From Candidatus Heimdallarchaeota archaeon (GTDB lineage Archaea > Asgardarchaeota > Heimdallarchaeia > JABLTI01), in contig DXJV01000068.1 of NCBI GenBank assembly GCA_019056785.1, forward strand, positions 117,954 to 141,953: a stretch of DNA of 24,000 bases. The letters are read 5' to 3'. Within the stretch, counting starts at the first letter, position 1. The number at the start of each line of letters is the position of its first letter. This document shows, piece after piece, positions 23,077 to 24,000 of the stretch. Under the pieces are notes generated by a model. The model had not been told where the DNA came from, did not search any database, and was given only the letters and a program-made list of their open reading frames with translations. Position numbers and translations under genes: made by a program.

Positions 23077-24000
23077 ATGCCAGTAATCGACCTCCCTTTG
23101 AAGCGAGTGAATGAACTGCTCGGGAAACAATTGTCATTAGAAGAGCTAGAAGAATATTGTTTGCAACTGGGCGCAGATATAGACGATAAACGAGAAGATG
23201 GCGTCAAAGTAGAATATAATCCAAACCGCCCGGACTTTAGCAGCGTTCCAGGTTTCGTTCGCGCGTTAAAAGGCATAATGAACATCGAGACCGGCTTGCC
23301 AAACTATCCGTTAAAAAAAGGATCGTTAAAAGTTAAAGTTGAAAAAACCGTCGAACCCTTGCGGCCGTTTATTCAATGTGCCGTTGTCCGGAATGTCCAC
23401 CTGACCAAAGAGAGCATCGCTGAACTCATGAATACGCAAGAAACGATTCATTGGGTGGTGGGACGGGACCGGAAGAAAGTGAGTATTGGCATTCATGATA
23501 TGCGGGATATCACCCCCCCGTTTCGTTACTATGGTGAGAAAGCAGATAGCCATGCGTTCATTCCCCTCGGAGAAGAAAGCCGAAAAATGACCCCAAAAGA
23601 GATTTGCGAGGAACACCCAAAGGGAATCAAATATGCTCACCTTGTAAATAAAGATGGTTCAGTACCGTTTCTCGTTGACTCTAAGGGGGGTGTTTTGTCT
23701 TTTCCGCCAATAATTAATGGTATTTTAACACTCGTAACAGAGAAGACTAAGGATCTCTTTATCGATGTCACAGGCACAGATGAGCAAGCAGTAAAAAACG
23801 CCCTAGAGATTCTAACCTCATCATTCGCCGAAGAAGGCTACCAGGTAGAACAAGTGACCGTAGAGTACCCCGACAAGAAAACACTAATAACACCAACCTT
23901 TCAACCTTCGACCTGGTACTTGCGGCCAAAATACTTGAAAGAAGTCCTGGGTTTGGACTTGACACAAGAAGAACTGTTCAAAAACCTCGAGCGCTCACGA
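23077..24000 (+). CDS. pheT: Phenylalanine--tRNA ligase beta subunit, archaeal type (3' end beyond the window)
   Basis: Hand translation from ATG 23077 runs open to the window end: MPVIDLPLKRVNELLGKQLSLEELEEYCLQLGADIDDKREDGVKVEYNPNRPDFSSVPGFVRALKG...FPPIINGILT. This matches the characteristic archaeal PheT N-terminus (B1/B5 region, NPNRPD motif). It is not in the ORF track because no stop is reached. Confidence 0.85.
   Translation, partial: MPVIDLPLKRVNELLGKQLSLEELEEYCLQLGADIDDKREDGVKVEYNPNRPDFSSVPGFVRALKGIMNIETGLPNYPLKKGSLKVKVEKTVEPLRPFIQCAVVRNVHLTKESIAELMNTQETIHWVVGRDRKKVSIGIHDMRDITPPFRYYGEKADSHAFIPLGEESRKMTPKEICEEHPKGIKYAHLVNKDGSVPFLVDSKGGVLSFPPIINGILTLVTEKTKDLFIDVTGTDEQAVKNALEILTSSFAEEGYQVEQVTVEYPDKKTLITPTFQPSTWYLRPKYLKEVLGLDLTQEELFKNLERSR

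Noticed and set aside
23061-23965. Three minus-strand ORFs (23061-23285, 23326-23640, 23768-23965)
   Set aside because: They are antisense to the open pheT reading frame, which has strong family motifs. They are shadow ORFs.
1-24000. CRISPR arrays, long tandem repeats, IS elements, rRNA genes
   Set aside because: Reading the intergenic regions showed no regularly spaced 25-40-nt repeats, no terminal inverted repeats flanking a transposase-like ORF, and no rRNA-like sequence.

Overview
Archaeal chromosomal segment of about 26 genes at roughly 40% G+C (eyeball estimate). All homology calls come from motifs I recognise in the translations; no searches were run. The archaeal assignment rests on PriS/PriL primase, XPD helicase, SepF, geranylgeranyl reductase, archaeal-type PheT, an intron-containing tRNA behind a TATA box, and GGTGA-type Shine-Dalgarno motifs. 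The gene content (MttB/corrinoid genes, PlsY homolog) would fit an uncultivated anaerobic lineage such as Asgard/Loki-like archaea, but that is only an inference. Layout: 1-3.3 kb holds xpd (5' truncated) and priL-priS. 3.4-4.6 kb holds a small 2x[4Fe-4S] ferredoxin (missing from the ORF track), sepF and a wHTH gene. 4.7-10.5 kb is one long minus-strand run: HEAT-repeat protein, corrinoid protein, homocysteine-binding methyltransferase, MetH reactivation domain, non-Pyl MttB-family methyltransferase and geranylgeranyl reductase. A tRNA(CAU) with a 31-nt intron sits at 10.69 kb. 10.9-20.6 kb is an accessory-looking block bracketed by two inverted paralogous TIM-barrel genes. It contains a PaaK/F390-synthetase-like ligase, a 52-aa CxxC-x17-CxxC zinc ribbon, a 45-aa signal-peptide ORF, an AT-rich 597-aa orphan HTH protein, a PlsY homolog, an APH-fold kinase and a membrane-anchored TbpA-like thiamine-binding protein. 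20.6-22.9 kb holds an ArsR-type regulator, a URO-D-family (MtaA/MtbA-like) methyltransferase and a 119-aa unknown. pheT (3' truncated) starts at 23.08 kb. Most interesting: (1) a disaggregated MetH-like operon in which an MttB-family enzyme sits where the folate module would be; (2) a PlsY-kinase pair in an archaeal lipid context; (3) the compositionally distinct 11.6-17.1 kb segment with the orphan 597-aa protein; (4) about 5-fold over-representation of CTCGAG that stops exactly in that segment. No CRISPR array, transposase or integrase was seen.
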